Positions 30,115 to 40,100 are shown, counted from the stretch's first letter. The stretch is 64,000 nt of DNA from Spirochaetia bacterium (GCA_965203905.1 CBDBDQ010000005.1:7072001-7136000), one strand, 5' to 3'. The notes: generated from the sequence alone by a model not told the origin. A program made the numbers and translations.

Positions 30115-30239
30115 GCCCGGTTGCCGATTGCGGCGGCGCGGGTATCATGTGACCGGCTCAAGCGGCTCGGCCGGCGAGCGATGCGCGTCCGCCGCCCCTG
30201 CCGACTCATTCCAAACGCTCTCTCAAGGAGGAGTACCAC

Positions 30240-31499
30240 ATGACACGGGCATCCATCGTTCGACTTCTTACCGGCGCCGCGATCGCGCTGTGCGCCTGCG
30301 GCGTGCTGTATGCCGACGACGTGACCATCGAGGTGGTCGGCTGGGGATCCGGACAGGCGGTCGTCTACGAGACCTTCATGGAAGAGAACCCCGATATCAC
30401 CGTGACCGAGCAGATGCTGCCGTTCGGCGATCTGATCGTGTTCCTGAAGACGCGGTTCCTCGCCGGCGAGGCTCCCGACATCGTCCAACTCCAGCCCGGC
30501 AACCTGATCGAGTTCAAGGACAGCCTGCTGCCGCTCGACGACCTGATCGCGAGCGATCCAGAACTCGACCTGGACAAGTTCGTGCAGCCGGTTCTCGGCA
30601 CTACCATCGTCGACGGCGTGCTGCTGGGAATCCCCCAGCATCCCATGGTGAGCGGCATGATCTGGTACAACCAGGACGTCTTCGACCGCCTCGGCCTCGA
30701 GGTTCCCACCGACTACGACGAGCTGAAGCAGGTGGCACAGGCGTGCCGCGACGCCGGCCTGCTGCCGCTGATCGTGAATGCCGGCGACGCCTGGAATCGC
30801 CTGATCGTCACCGAGCAACTGTTCGCCTACTTTGCGCCGGGTAAGATGGCGCAGGCGGTGGCCGGCGACATCCCCTGGACCGATCCCGACCTGGTGGCCG
30901 GCATGGCGTTCTGGAAGACCATGGTCGACGACGGAGTATTTCAGGACGGCGTGATGGGCGCGGACTGGCAGACCTTCACGCCATTCGACGAGGGCAACGG
31001 CTGCATGGCGGTGCAAGGAAGCTGGGCCAAGGGAGGTCGCCTGATCGGCATTCGCGGCGAGGGCGTCATGGGGGTTTCACTGCCGATGCAGTTCCCTGAC
31101 CTGACCAACTCCGGCGCCGCCTGGATGCCCGCAATTTCGTCGGGCCACGCGTTCGCAATCAACAAGGACAGCCCCAACATCGACGCGGCATGGGAGGTAA
31201 TGAAACAGATCATTCGCCTCGGCGACCCGCTCGCGAACTACCCCGTGCTGATCCCGGTGTACGAGTCCGACATGGCGTCCCCGGTGCTGGCGAACGCCAC
31301 CAATGCCGAGCAGCTGGCCGCGGTGAAGGAGTTCGAGTTGGGCGCCTGGGAGATGCCCTACTTCCTGGACGACTGGTTGTACGCGGAGGTGCGTGACGCC
31401 ATCGCCGAGGCTGCCTCCGGCGTCGCTACCGGACAGGTCAGCGCAGAGGTCGCCATGCGGGAGGTCAATCGGGTCGCGCAGCGCGTTCTGCGGCGTTAA
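30240..31499 (+). CDS. Carbohydrate ABC solute-binding protein
   Basis: Signal peptide, AGEAPDI and WYNQDVFDRLGLEVP motifs; AGGAGG Shine-Dalgarno. Confidence 0.88.
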   Translation: MTRASIVRLLTGAAIALCACGVLYADDVTIEVVGWGSGQAVVYETFMEENPDITVTEQMLPFGDLIVFLKTRFLAGEAPDIVQLQPGNLIEFKDSLLPLDDLIASDPELDLDKFVQPVLGTTIVDGVLLGIPQHPMVSGMIWYNQDVFDRLGLEVPTDYDELKQVAQACRDAGLLPLIVNAGDAWNRLIVTEQLFAYFAPGKMAQAVAGDIPWTDPDLVAGMAFWKTMVDDGVFQDGVMGADWQTFTPFDEGNGCMAVQGSWAKGGRLIGIRGEGVMGVSLPMQFPDLTNSGAAWMPAISSGHAFAINKDSPNIDAAWEVMKQIIRLGDPLANYPVLIPVYESDMASPVLANATNAEQLAAVKEFELGAWEMPYFLDDWLYAEVRDAIAEAASGVATGQVSAEVAMREVNRVAQRVLRR

Positions 31500-31504
31500 G
31501 GAGC

Positions 31505-32452
31505 GTGTCGGGTCCGCCCGACGACGTCCCGGCGCAGGACACCATGGCCGTCTCGAGGTCGGCGCCGCTACGGCAGGGACGGCGCCCCAGAGTCAACTGG
31601 GGCGCCTACCTGTTCCTGCTTCCCGCGTTCGTCCTGTTCGCGGTGTTCGTAGCCTACCCGATCGGCTTCAACACCTACCTGAGCCTACACAACTGGAACG
31701 GGGTATCGGATGTCTGGGAGTGGGTGGGGCTGGAGCACTTCGGGCGGCTGCCCGAGGAGCGCACGATCCGGCTGTCGCTGCGCAACTCCGGCTTCTTCTT
31801 CGCCGGCCACCTGGTCAACATGGCGATCGCGCTGCTGCTCGCCGTGCTGCTCAACAACCGCATCCCCGGCCGCAACCTGGCGCGCACGCTGATCTTCGTG
31901 CCGTTCGTGGTGGCCGGGTCGATCGTCGCGGTAACCTGGCAGACGATCTACGACCCCAACACCGGGGCCCTCAACAACAGTCTGCGCCGGCTGGGGCTGG
32001 AGTTCCTCGCCCAGACCTGGCTGGCCGACCCGCGGCTCGCCATCTGGTCGCTGGTGGTGGTCGGCATCTGGGCCGGCCTGGGTTTCAACCTGGTGGTCTA
32101 CCTGGCGTCGCTGCAGGCGGCTGATCCAAGCCTGAAGGACGCCGCCCGCATCGACGGCGCCAGCCCCGGACAGGTGTTCCGCTTCATCACCTTCCCACTG
32201 CTGCGCAACACCCACCTGGTGCTGATGATGCTGGGCATCATTGCCGCGGTGCAGACCTTCGAGGTGCCCTTCATCATGACCGAGGGCGGCCCCTACGGCG
32301 CCACCACCACGCTGGCGATCGACGTCTACAAGAACGTGTTCAACTTCGGCGAGTTCGGCTACGGCGCCGCGATATCGCTGTTCACCATGGTGATCCTGGT
32401 GCTGCTGATCCTGCTGCAGCGCCTGCTCCTGCGCGAGCAGAGGATCGACTGA
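31505..32452 (+). CDS. Carbohydrate ABC permease (MalF-like)
   Basis: DAARIDGAS and MTEGGP motifs. Confidence 0.9.
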   Translation: MSGPPDDVPAQDTMAVSRSAPLRQGRRPRVNWGAYLFLLPAFVLFAVFVAYPIGFNTYLSLHNWNGVSDVWEWVGLEHFGRLPEERTIRLSLRNSGFFFAGHLVNMAIALLLAVLLNNRIPGRNLARTLIFVPFVVAGSIVAVTWQTIYDPNTGALNNSLRRLGLEFLAQTWLADPRLAIWSLVVVGIWAGLGFNLVVYLASLQAADPSLKDAARIDGASPGQVFRFITFPLLRNTHLVLMMLGIIAAVQTFEVPFIMTEGGPYGATTTLAIDVYKNVFNFGEFGYGAAISLFTMVILVLLILLQRLLLREQRID

Positions 32453-33261
32453 TGCTGCGCCGCGAGGACCGGGTGCGCGCCCTCAACACCGTGCTGATGG
32501 TCGTCGTCACCACGATTCTGATGTTGCCGGTCATCCACGCCTTCGGGCGTTCGATCGAGCCACCCGGCGGCCTGGGCAACTATCTGCGCGTGCTGACCGA
32601 CGTCCGCCTGCCACGGTTCTATTTCAACAGCGTCGTGGTCAGCGCGGGCACCATCCTGCTCACCGTGGCGTGCGCGAGCCTGGCGGGGTTCGCGTTCTCC
32701 AAGCTCCGGTTCCCGTTCAAGAACCTGTTGTTCATCATCCTGCTGATTACCCTGCTGGTGCCGTTCACGACCATGATCATCCCGCTCTTCGTGTTGATCC
32801 GAGGGCTGGACCTCTACAACACCTACCTCGCCCTGATCCTGCCCCTGGCGGCGTTCGGAGTGCCGTTCCACACCGTGCTCACCGCCAACTACCTGAACAG
32901 CCTGCCCAACGAACTGATCGACTCGGCGCGCATCGACGGCTGCTCCGACCTGGGCGTGTTCTGGCGCATCATGCTGCCGTTGAGCCTGCCAGTGCAGGCG
33001 GTGGTGATCGTGCTTACCTTCCTGGGGTCGTGGAACAACTACATCCTGCCGCTGATCATGCTCAAGGACCAGCAGATGCACACCGTGCCCCTTGCCGCGG
33101 TGAGTTGGGCTTACCAGGCGGGCGCGCTGTCCCAGTTCGGTGAGATATCGTACGACACCCTGTTCGCGGCGCTGTTCCTGCTGGCGGCGCCGACGCTGAT
33201 CATCTTCCTGCTGTTCCAACGCGTGTTCATCGGCAGCGTCACCTCCGGCGCGATCAAGTAG
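32452..33261 (+). CDS. Carbohydrate ABC permease (MalG-like)
   Basis: LIDSARIDGC and SWNNY motifs. Confidence 0.9.
   Translation: MLRREDRVRALNTVLMVVVTTILMLPVIHAFGRSIEPPGGLGNYLRVLTDVRLPRFYFNSVVVSAGTILLTVACASLAGFAFSKLRFPFKNLLFIILLITLLVPFTTMIIPLFVLIRGLDLYNTYLALILPLAAFGVPFHTVLTANYLNSLPNELIDSARIDGCSDLGVFWRIMLPLSLPVQAVVIVLTFLGSWNNYILPLIMLKDQQMHTVPLAAVSWAYQAGALSQFGEISYDTLFAALFLLAAPTLIIFLLFQRVFIGSVTSGAIK
33157..33261 (+). repeat. Permease 3' end, copy 1 (repeated at 34278-34382)
   Basis: 105-bp ungapped alignment with about 6 substitutions plus a TAG/TGA difference. Confidence 0.92.
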
Positions 33262-33271
33262 TGCGGCGCCG

Positions 33272-33449
33272 TCAGGCGCGGGCGGGGTGGATCGGATCGA
33301 CCCATTCCACCTTTTCCGGCTCCTCGGCCACGGGGATGTCCAGGTTCACCACCACCGGTTCCTGGTCTCGGCGCACCAGCACGCACTCCAACGCCTCCTC
33401 GCGGCTGGCGTTGATCGCCTGGTGCGGCACGTACGGCACGTAGATGAAG
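33272..33449 (-). pseudogene. Duplicated 3' fragment of the cupin gene (matches 36087-36267)
   Basis: FIYVPYVPHQAINASREEALECVLVR...VDPIHPARA*, with one 3-bp indel relative to the intact gene. Confidence 0.92.
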
Positions 33450-33450
33450 A

Positions 33451-33479
33451 TTGACAACCCGGACACGGAAGCGTACCGT
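33451..33479 (+). promoter_or_regulatory. Sigma70-type promoter of the ncRNA-NYN cassette
   Basis: TTGACA-N17-TACCGT. Confidence 0.75.
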
Positions 33480-33485
33480 AGAAGA

Positions 33486-33562
33486 GCATCCCGTTGGGAT
33501 GGTTTGCGTGCGGCCCCGTTGGGGTCATGTTGATCTGGGCCCCACTTCGGGGCCCTTTTCTT
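33486..33562 (+). ncRNA. Candidate ~75-nt structured RNA (putative RNA antitoxin or attenuator) upstream of the NYN gene
   Basis: Hairpins CATCCC-GTT-GGGATG (33487-33501) and GGCCCC-GTT-GGGGTC (33512-33526) share CCCGTTGGG, followed by a terminator hairpin. Confidence 0.5.
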
Positions 33563-33564
33563 TT
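33537..33564 (+). terminator. Intrinsic terminator between the promoter and the NYN gene
   Basis: GGGCCCC-ACTTC-GGGGCCC followed by TTTTCTTTT. Confidence 0.8.
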
Positions 33565-33578
33565 CTTGAGTCTGGGCT

Positions 33579-34250
33579 TTGACTGATTCGTATGCAGGGT
33601 TCATAGATGTCGGCTTCCTGCATGCCGAAGGTGCGAGGAAGATTCGCAAGAAGAGAAGCTCCGTCCGACTCCAGGCAGCGGAAGTCGTACGCTGGCTCCA
33701 AAGCCTCACCCGAACGCCGTTCGTCGACGGATCATTCCTGAGGGCCTATTGGTACGACGCGGCTTTTGGCCCTGAGCATCCGCGTTACCGCGACCAGCGA
33801 AAGTTCCTCGACGCGATCGCGCATACACCGGGAGTCCAACTGCGGCTCGGTCACCTCGCGGAGCATCCCTCCAGATTGGAGAAGCCGGTCAGGCAAGCCC
33901 TGGCCTCCACGGCCTATCGTCTTGGCATCGAGCCCGACCGTCTGACCGCCGAGTTCGATCGACATTGGACCTTTCGGCCGGAGCGCCGACAGAAGGGCGT
34001 CGATACGCTGATCGCGCTGGACATGGTTCGCCTCGCAGGCCGTTCGGTGTTCTCCACCGCCGTGTTGATTGCCGGCGACCGGGATCTGGCGGAGGTAGTA
34101 CGCACAACACAAGACTTCGGAGTACGAGCGCTTGTCGCAACCCCGGACGAGGACAGCGTCTCCAAAGAGTTGGCCCAGCTTGCCGACGAAGTGATAGTCA
34201 TGAACCAGGATGAGCTTGAGAAGATGATGGCCGACCGCCTCTCAGCGTAG
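33579..34250 (+). CDS. NYN (LabA/DUF88, PIN-like) ribonuclease
   Basis: FIDVGFL, YWYDA, QKGVDTLIALD, AGDRD and SKELAQLADE motifs; TTG start. Confidence 0.9.
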   Translation: MTDSYAGFIDVGFLHAEGARKIRKKRSSVRLQAAEVVRWLQSLTRTPFVDGSFLRAYWYDAAFGPEHPRYRDQRKFLDAIAHTPGVQLRLGHLAEHPSRLEKPVRQALASTAYRLGIEPDRLTAEFDRHWTFRPERRQKGVDTLIALDMVRLAGRSVFSTAVLIAGDRDLAEVVRTTQDFGVRALVATPDEDSVSKELAQLADEVIVMNQDELEKMMADRLSA

Positions 34251-34277
34251 CCTCGCGCCACCGGCCGGGCGTCGGCA

Positions 34278-34382
34278 ACCCTGTGCGCGGCACTGTTCCT
34301 GCTGGCGGCGCCGACGTTGATCATCTTCCTGCTGTTCCAGCGCGTGTTCATCGGCAGCGTCACCGCCGTCGCGATCAAGTGA
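34278..34382 (+). repeat. Permease 3' end, copy 2 (orphan fragment)
   Basis: Aligns with 33157-33261. Confidence 0.92.
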
Positions 34383-34435
34383 TTCGCTCTGCCCATGGTG
34401 TAGTCAGTCCTCGCTTGAGATGCCCTCGGCGACCC

Positions 34436-36013
34436 TCACATGCCCCACACGTCGACCGGCACCGCGCCCTGGCCGCGCCGCTGATGCGCCGAGTGGCGCC
34501 GGAGATGGAATACCTTCTCCTCCCAGCTCCGGTTCTCCCGCCGGTCGATGACGACCAGGTGCCCCGCCTCGGCAGCGCAACGATCCACGTACCTTGCCGT
34601 CTGCTCCACGCCCTCGTCCATGACGCTCTCAAGCCCGTTGTACTCGCGGACCACCTTGCACTCCACCACGAACTCCTGCACCCGGCCTGCCAGCGGCCAC
34701 ACGATCAGCAGGTCGACCCGTCCGCTCCCCAGGGCGTACTCCCGCTCGATGCGGCCGCCGCCGTTCACGATCCGCTGCAGGTACGCCTGCAGGAGCAACT
34801 GCGGCCACGCCTCCTCGTACGCGAAGCGGGTCCTCCAATACTGCGAGTTACGGCGGAAGAAGCTCTGAAACTCCTCCATCAGCAAGTCTGCGTCCAAGCT
34901 GCCGTCCGCCCTCATGTACCGTGGCGGTGACAGGTCCAGCGTCTCCTGCGCCGCCCATGCGAGCTCGCGCGGCAGCACCTCGGCGTAGATCGGGTTCGCC
35001 ACCCGCAACGGCGCATCGGGGGCCACCAGCCCCAGGTCGCGTACGTACGAGATATCGCGGTCCGTAAGGGTGTGCCGGTCCGTGCCGCTCAGCATCGGCT
35101 CGATCACCCGTCGCACGCGATCCTCGCGCAGCTTGTCCGCCAGATAATCCAGGTGCGTCACCCGGTTCACGATCAGCTCCTCGCGGGCCGCGGCGATGTC
35201 GTCCGAGGTCACCGTTCGCGAACGGTCTTCGCACAATGCCTTGTTCTCGAAGCAGGCCACGTTCGCCAGCGCGTTCACCAGCCAGGGCTGGCCGCAGGTC
35301 AGCGTCCACACCGCTTCCAGCGCCTCCGGAGCGAACGCCTGGCCCGTGTCCTTGGTGTGCTGATGCAGCAGAGCCAGCGTCTCTTCGTGCGAGAAGTCGC
35401 CCATCCGCAACGACTTCGCTGCGATGTTGAACGGGCTGCCCGCGGCGCCCATCCGGTAATCGCGCGGGTCGCGCATGCCGCACAGGACCACGCTGTGGGG
35501 GAAGCGCGCCGGGCGGCCGGGGTAGCCGGCGCGAAGCTGTTGGAGCACCGAGAGCAGCGAATCACCCACCAGCGTATCGATCTCGTCGATCAGCAGCACC
35601 AGCGGCCGCGGCGACGCCTCGGCCCAATGCTCCAGTGCCACGCTCAACGCCAGGTCCGGCCCGAACTCGGCGAGGGTTGCCGCCCAGATGTCCCGAAGGA
35701 ACCGGTCGCCCAGAGCAGCACTCGCCGCGTTCGCCAGCGCGGCGAGCACCACGCGCATCGCCCGCTGCACGTCGTCACGGGCGGTGCGGGCGGTTTCTAC
35801 CGTAACGTACACGCACCCGTAGTCGCGCTCGTTCAGCAGTTCGGCCAGCGCCAGCAGCGCCGAGGTCTTCCCCGTCTGCCGTGGCGCGTGCAGCACGAAG
35901 TACTTCTTGTCGCGCACCAAGCCGAGCACCGCGCCCAGATCGATCCTCGACAGCGGCGCGATCAGGTAATGATCGATCGGGTTTACGGGGCCGGCGGTGT
36001 TGAACGAACGCAT
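34436..36013 (-). CDS. AAA-like ATPase with a C-terminal PD-(D/E)XK nuclease domain
   Basis: FNTAGP, APRQTGKT, LIDEID and REYALGSGRVDL...VECK motifs. Confidence 0.88.
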   Translation of the reverse strand: MRSFNTAGPVNPIDHYLIAPLSRIDLGAVLGLVRDKKYFVLHAPRQTGKTSALLALAELLNERDYGCVYVTVETARTARDDVQRAMRVVLAALANAASAALGDRFLRDIWAATLAEFGPDLALSVALEHWAEASPRPLVLLIDEIDTLVGDSLLSVLQQLRAGYPGRPARFPHSVVLCGMRDPRDYRMGAAGSPFNIAAKSLRMGDFSHEETLALLHQHTKDTGQAFAPEALEAVWTLTCGQPWLVNALANVACFENKALCEDRSRTVTSDDIAAAREELIVNRVTHLDYLADKLREDRVRRVIEPMLSGTDRHTLTDRDISYVRDLGLVAPDAPLRVANPIYAEVLPRELAWAAQETLDLSPPRYMRADGSLDADLLMEEFQSFFRRNSQYWRTRFAYEEAWPQLLLQAYLQRIVNGGGRIEREYALGSGRVDLLIVWPLAGRVQEFVVECKVVREYNGLESVMDEGVEQTARYVDRCAAEAGHLVVIDRRENRSWEEKVFHLRRHSAHQRRGQGAVPVDVWGM

Positions 36014-36086
36014 TTTTTTTTGGTCCGGCTTCCTGCGAAGGGTATCACAGGCGCATTCCCGACCTGATGTGTCCCAGCCGGCGCGG

Positions 36087-36557
36087 CTACTCGCGGGCGG
36101 GGTGGATCGGATCCACCCAGTCCACCTCTTCCGGTTCCTCTGCCACGGGGATGTCCAGGTTCACCACCACCGGTTCCTGGTCGCTGCGCACCAAGACGCA
36201 CTGCAGCGCCTCCTCGCGGCTGGCGTTGATCTCCTGGTGCGGCACGTAGGGCGGCACGTAGATGAAGTCGCCGGGGCCCGCCTCCGCCACGTACTCCAGG
36301 CGCTCGCCCCAGCGCATGCGCGCCCGGCCGCGCACCACGTAGATCACGCTCTCCAGCGCTCCGTGGTGGTGGGCGCCGGTCTTGGCGTTGGGATGGATCT
36401 CGACCGTGCCCGCCCACAGCTTCTCGGCACCGGCGCTGGCGCGGTTGATCGCCGCCGCCCGCGTCATTCCCGGCGTCTGCGGCGTGTTGAAGTCCAGCCG
36501 CTCGCTCGTTACCACGCGCACGCCGTGCGTACGCCAATTGCGCTCCGCCTCTGCCAT
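36087..36557 (-). CDS. Cupin domain protein
   Basis: TGAHHHGALE and GDFIYVPPYVPHQE motifs. Confidence 0.9.
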   Translation of the reverse strand: MAEAERNWRTHGVRVVTSERLDFNTPQTPGMTRAAAINRASAGAEKLWAGTVEIHPNAKTGAHHHGALESVIYVVRGRARMRWGERLEYVAEAGPGDFIYVPPYVPHQEINASREEALQCVLVRSDQEPVVVNLDIPVAEEPEEVDWVDPIHPARE

Positions 36558-37588
36558 CCGCTGTCCCCGCGCCCATCCTACCCGCCGCGCGCTGCAAGTG
36601 GCGACACCCGCGCTCGGCCGAAGGAGCACGCCTCGGCGTATGGCTGGCGTGGCTGGCGGCGCCGACTTGCGTGGGCGCGGGCGCACGGCTACCATGACCC
36701 ATTGTCGGATCACGGTTCCAAGGAGGGCCCCTATATGCCACGCTCCGTTTCCGCAGTTTCGCTGATCGTCATTCCCCTGCTGATGGCGACCGTCCCGCTG
36801 CTGGCCAGCGGTACCGAGGAAGGCGGCGCAGCCGCCGGCGCCACGGGCGGCGCCAACATGGCCCTCGCCATGATCGACGAAGAGCCGTACATCGACCACA
36901 TCCACGCCAGCCCCGCGGCCTACACCGCCGCCACCGGCACGGCGCTCGACACCTTCTACGAGGCGCCCGTGCTGGCCGCCCTGGTGGCCGAGGGCAAGCT
37001 GCCGCCGGTGGAGGAACGGATCGGCCGTGATCCGCAGGTAATCCGCCCGGCGTTCGAGATCGGGCAGTACGGCGGCATCCTCAACGACGTCGGCAGCGAG
37101 GGAGACGCCGGACAGCTCGTCGAGGAAGGGCAGCAGCCGATGGCCAAGTGGAATCCGCCGGCCAACATCTTCTATCCCAACATCGCCCGCACCTGGGACA
37201 TTTCCGACGACGGGCTGGTGTTCACGCTCAACCTGCGCCACGGCATGAAGTGGTCCGACGGCGAGGATCTCGACGCCGACGACTTCGTGTTCTTCTACGA
37301 GGCGATCCTCGCCAACGAGGAGATCAACGCGGTGACCCCCGAGCCGCGCGGCCGCTACCGGCCCGGCGGCGAACTGATGCAAATACGGGTGCCGGACCGC
37401 TACACCGTCGAGTACACCTTCGCCGCGCCGTACCACAACGCCGCCGAGAGCGGCTGGGCGCGGGGCCGTTCCTTCGCCCCGGAGCACCACCTGAGCAAGT
37501 ACCACCTCGAATACAACGACGAGTAAACATTCGGTCTACCGGTGTGGGACCGCTGGACACATCCGGACCGGTGTGCTACGAATGAGGT

Positions 37589-39214
37589 GTGGGAGGGTTC
37601 TGGCGGAAAACGAGTGGCTGCACGGCGGCGTGCCAGAGCCAGATGGACGAGTTGCGGTGCGAGGTAGTAGAGCTGCGACGACAGGCGCGCTATTACCGCA
37701 GGATGCACGGCAAGGCGGTAGCGCGCGAGCAACGGCTGAAACAGAAACTGCAAGCGGCACGGGCCAAGCTCAAGGAACTGCGCCAGCGCCTGCGGGAACG
37801 CTGGGCACGGCGCCGCGGCAGCGAGAAGCGAACCAGGAGTGGCGGCGCTCCTGAGGCAACCGCCGCGCCACCGCGGCGCCGCGGTCAGCAACCCGGGGCG
37901 CCAAGCCATGGTCGGCGCCGGCACGCACACCTGCCGGTACAGGTTGAAGCACACGACGTTGCCCCGGACCGGCGCCGCTGCGCGGCCTGCGGCGCTGAGT
38001 ATCATTCGCACGGCAGCGAGGATTCCGAGCAGTTGGAAGTCGAGGTGCGCGCCTACCGGCGGGTGATCAAGCGGCGGCGCTACCGCCGCAGCTGCCAGTG
38101 CACGGCGGCCGCGGCGGTGCTCACGGCGCCAGCGCCGCCACGGCTGATCCCGAACGGCATCCTGGGGATCTCGATCTGGGTGACGGTGCTGCTCGACAAG
38201 TATCTGCTGTACCGGCCCACGCATCGGTTGCTCGCGGATCTACGCACGCATGGGCTGGATCTTGCCCAAGGCACCGTCACCGACGGTCTGCGGCGTCTGG
38301 CGCCGTTGTTCGCGCCACTGCGCGAGGCGCTGATCGAACGCAGCCGCACGAGCGAGCACTGGCATGCTGACGAGACCAGCTGGCAGGTGTTCGAGGCGGC
38401 CAGCGAGGACACCTGCCAGCGCTGGTGTCTGTGGCTGTTCTGGAGTGCCGAGGTGGTGGTATTCACGCTCGATCCAACCCGTTCGGCGCGGGTGCCGAAG
38501 CAGCATTTTGCGACCGTGACGGGGGGCGTGGTGAGCGTCGACCGCTTCTCCTCGTACAAGCGGCTGGCCAAGGATACCGAGCTGGAGTTGTCGTTCTGCT
38601 GGGTGCACATGCGCCGCGACTTCATCACGGTAGCCCATGAGCGGGACGATCAGCAGGAGTGGGCCGAGCAGTGGCTGGCTGACATCGCTACGCTGTATCG
38701 CCTGAACGACGAGCGTCTTGAGGTGCGTGGTGAGCCCGCGCAGTACGCGGCGGCCGATGCGGCGTTGCGGGCGGTGGTGCAGGCGATGGAAGAGCGACGA
38801 GAGCGCGAACTGGCGCAGCAGCCGAAGCTGGCGGCAGCGTGTGCGAAGGTGCTGCGCAGCATGCGCAACCACTGGCAGGGGCTGACGCGGTTCGTCGAGG
38901 ATCCCGACTTGCCGCTGGACAATAATCAAGCCGAGCGTGCGCTGCGCGGCCCGGTGGTGGGGCGCAAGAACTACTACGGCTCGGGGGCGCAGTGGAGCGG
39001 TGAGTTGAGCGCGGCGCTGTTCAGCCTGTTCCACACCCTCGAACGATGGCAGATCAACCCGCGTACTTGGCTGACCGAGTACCTGAGCGCCTGTGCGGTC
39101 GCCGGCGCTCGCGTGCCTGAAGACTACGAGCGGTTCCTGCCCTGGCACCGTCCCGAGGCGCGCTTGCTGCCCCGCGGCTCACCCGCCAAGCTGGTCGACG
39201 ACCGTGCCGCCTGA
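37589..39214 (+). CDS. tnpC: IS66 DDE transposase (start codon uncertain)
   Basis: Coiled coil, CAACG zinc finger, HADET, SVDRFSSY, CWVHMRRDF and DNNQAERALR motifs. Confidence 0.93.
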   Translation: MGGFWRKTSGCTAACQSQMDELRCEVVELRRQARYYRRMHGKAVAREQRLKQKLQAARAKLKELRQRLRERWARRRGSEKRTRSGGAPEATAAPPRRRGQQPGAPSHGRRRHAHLPVQVEAHDVAPDRRRCAACGAEYHSHGSEDSEQLEVEVRAYRRVIKRRRYRRSCQCTAAAAVLTAPAPPRLIPNGILGISIWVTVLLDKYLLYRPTHRLLADLRTHGLDLAQGTVTDGLRRLAPLFAPLREALIERSRTSEHWHADETSWQVFEAASEDTCQRWCLWLFWSAEVVVFTLDPTRSARVPKQHFATVTGGVVSVDRFSSYKRLAKDTELELSFCWVHMRRDFITVAHERDDQQEWAEQWLADIATLYRLNDERLEVRGEPAQYAAADAALRAVVQAMEERRERELAQQPKLAAACAKVLRSMRNHWQGLTRFVEDPDLPLDNNQAERALRGPVVGRKNYYGSGAQWSGELSAALFSLFHTLERWQINPRTWLTEYLSACAVAGARVPEDYERFLPWHRPEARLLPRGSPAKLVDDRAA

Positions 39215-40100
39215 GGCGGTGCGCTACTGCGGCCGGCCCTTCAGCGAGCAGGAGCTGCAGTTGATCCGCGCGCTCATCGCTGAGGACCCTACCCGCCATC
39301 GGTTCGCCCTCTCGAAGGTGGTGTGCGAACGGCTGCACTGGCGGCGTGCCAACGGACAACTGAAGGACATGAGCTGTCGCGTCGCGATGCTGCGCATGCA
39401 CCGCGACGGGCTCATCCGGCTGCCGGCGCCGCGGCGGCGTCACTACAACGGCACGCTGCGCCGCCGTCGTACCGCGCAGGCGGAACCGGAGCTGCCGATC
39501 AGCGCCCGCGTCGATGAGCTGCCCGCGCTGCAGGTACGACCGCTGGCCGATCAGCGCGAAGCGCTCCTATGGCGCGAGTACGTGGACCGCTACCACTACC
39601 TTGGCTATACGCCGCTACCGGGTGCGCAGCAGCGCTACTTGGTCACCTGCCAGCGGCAGGTGCTGGCGGTGGTCGGCTTTGGCGCCAGCGCCTGGAAGGC
39701 GGCTCCTCGCGACCGCTTCATCGGCTGGAGCGTTGCCCAGCGCGAAGCGCGGCTGCACCTGGTGGTGAACAACGCCCGCTTCTTGATCCTGCCTTGGGTG
39801 CAGGTGTGCAATCTCGCTTCCACCGTGCTGGCGCGCATCAGCCGCCGGCTGCCCGCCGACTGGCAGGCGCGTTATGGGTACCGACCGCTGCTGCTGGAGA
39901 CCTTCGTGCAGTCCGACCGCTTCGCCGGTACCAGCTACCGCGCCGCCAACTGGACCCACGTCGGACAAACCCAAGGACGCGGCAAACTCGACGTACGTCG
40001 AATGCACACGCTGCCCACCAAAGACATCTGGCTCTACCCGCTCAGGCGCGACTTCCGCCGTCGACTGTGCGCTCCTCTTGATCCGCCCCCCAACCTGTAG
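39204..40100 (+). CDS. DUF4338 (DruA-like, Mom/GNAT-related) protein with an N-terminal helical domain, inside the IS
   Basis: RYCGR, YHYLGY, RDRFIGW, NNARFLILPW, NLAS, LLETFV and GTSYRAANW..VGQTQGRG motifs; its stop codon lies in the right TIR. Confidence 0.85.
   Translation: MPPEAVRYCGRPFSEQELQLIRALIAEDPTRHRFALSKVVCERLHWRRANGQLKDMSCRVAMLRMHRDGLIRLPAPRRRHYNGTLRRRRTAQAEPELPISARVDELPALQVRPLADQREALLWREYVDRYHYLGYTPLPGAQQRYLVTCQRQVLAVVGFGASAWKAAPRDRFIGWSVAQREARLHLVVNNARFLILPWVQVCNLASTVLARISRRLPADWQARYGYRPLLLETFVQSDRFAGTSYRAANWTHVGQTQGRGKLDVRRMHTLPTKDIWLYPLRRDFRRRLCAPLDPPPNL

Noticed and set aside
33486-33562. CRISPR mini-array or tRNA
   Set aside because: The repeat unit is only 9 bp in two copies, with no spacers of CRISPR size, no cas genes and no cloverleaf.
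33272-33709. 145-aa minus-strand ORF as a real gene
   Set aside because: It is a chimera of NYN antisense sequence, the promoter region and the duplicated cupin tail.
39204-40100. Druantia defence system
   Set aside because: Only the DruA-like domain is present, it is enclosed by IS TIRs, and there is no DruE helicase or other dru gene.
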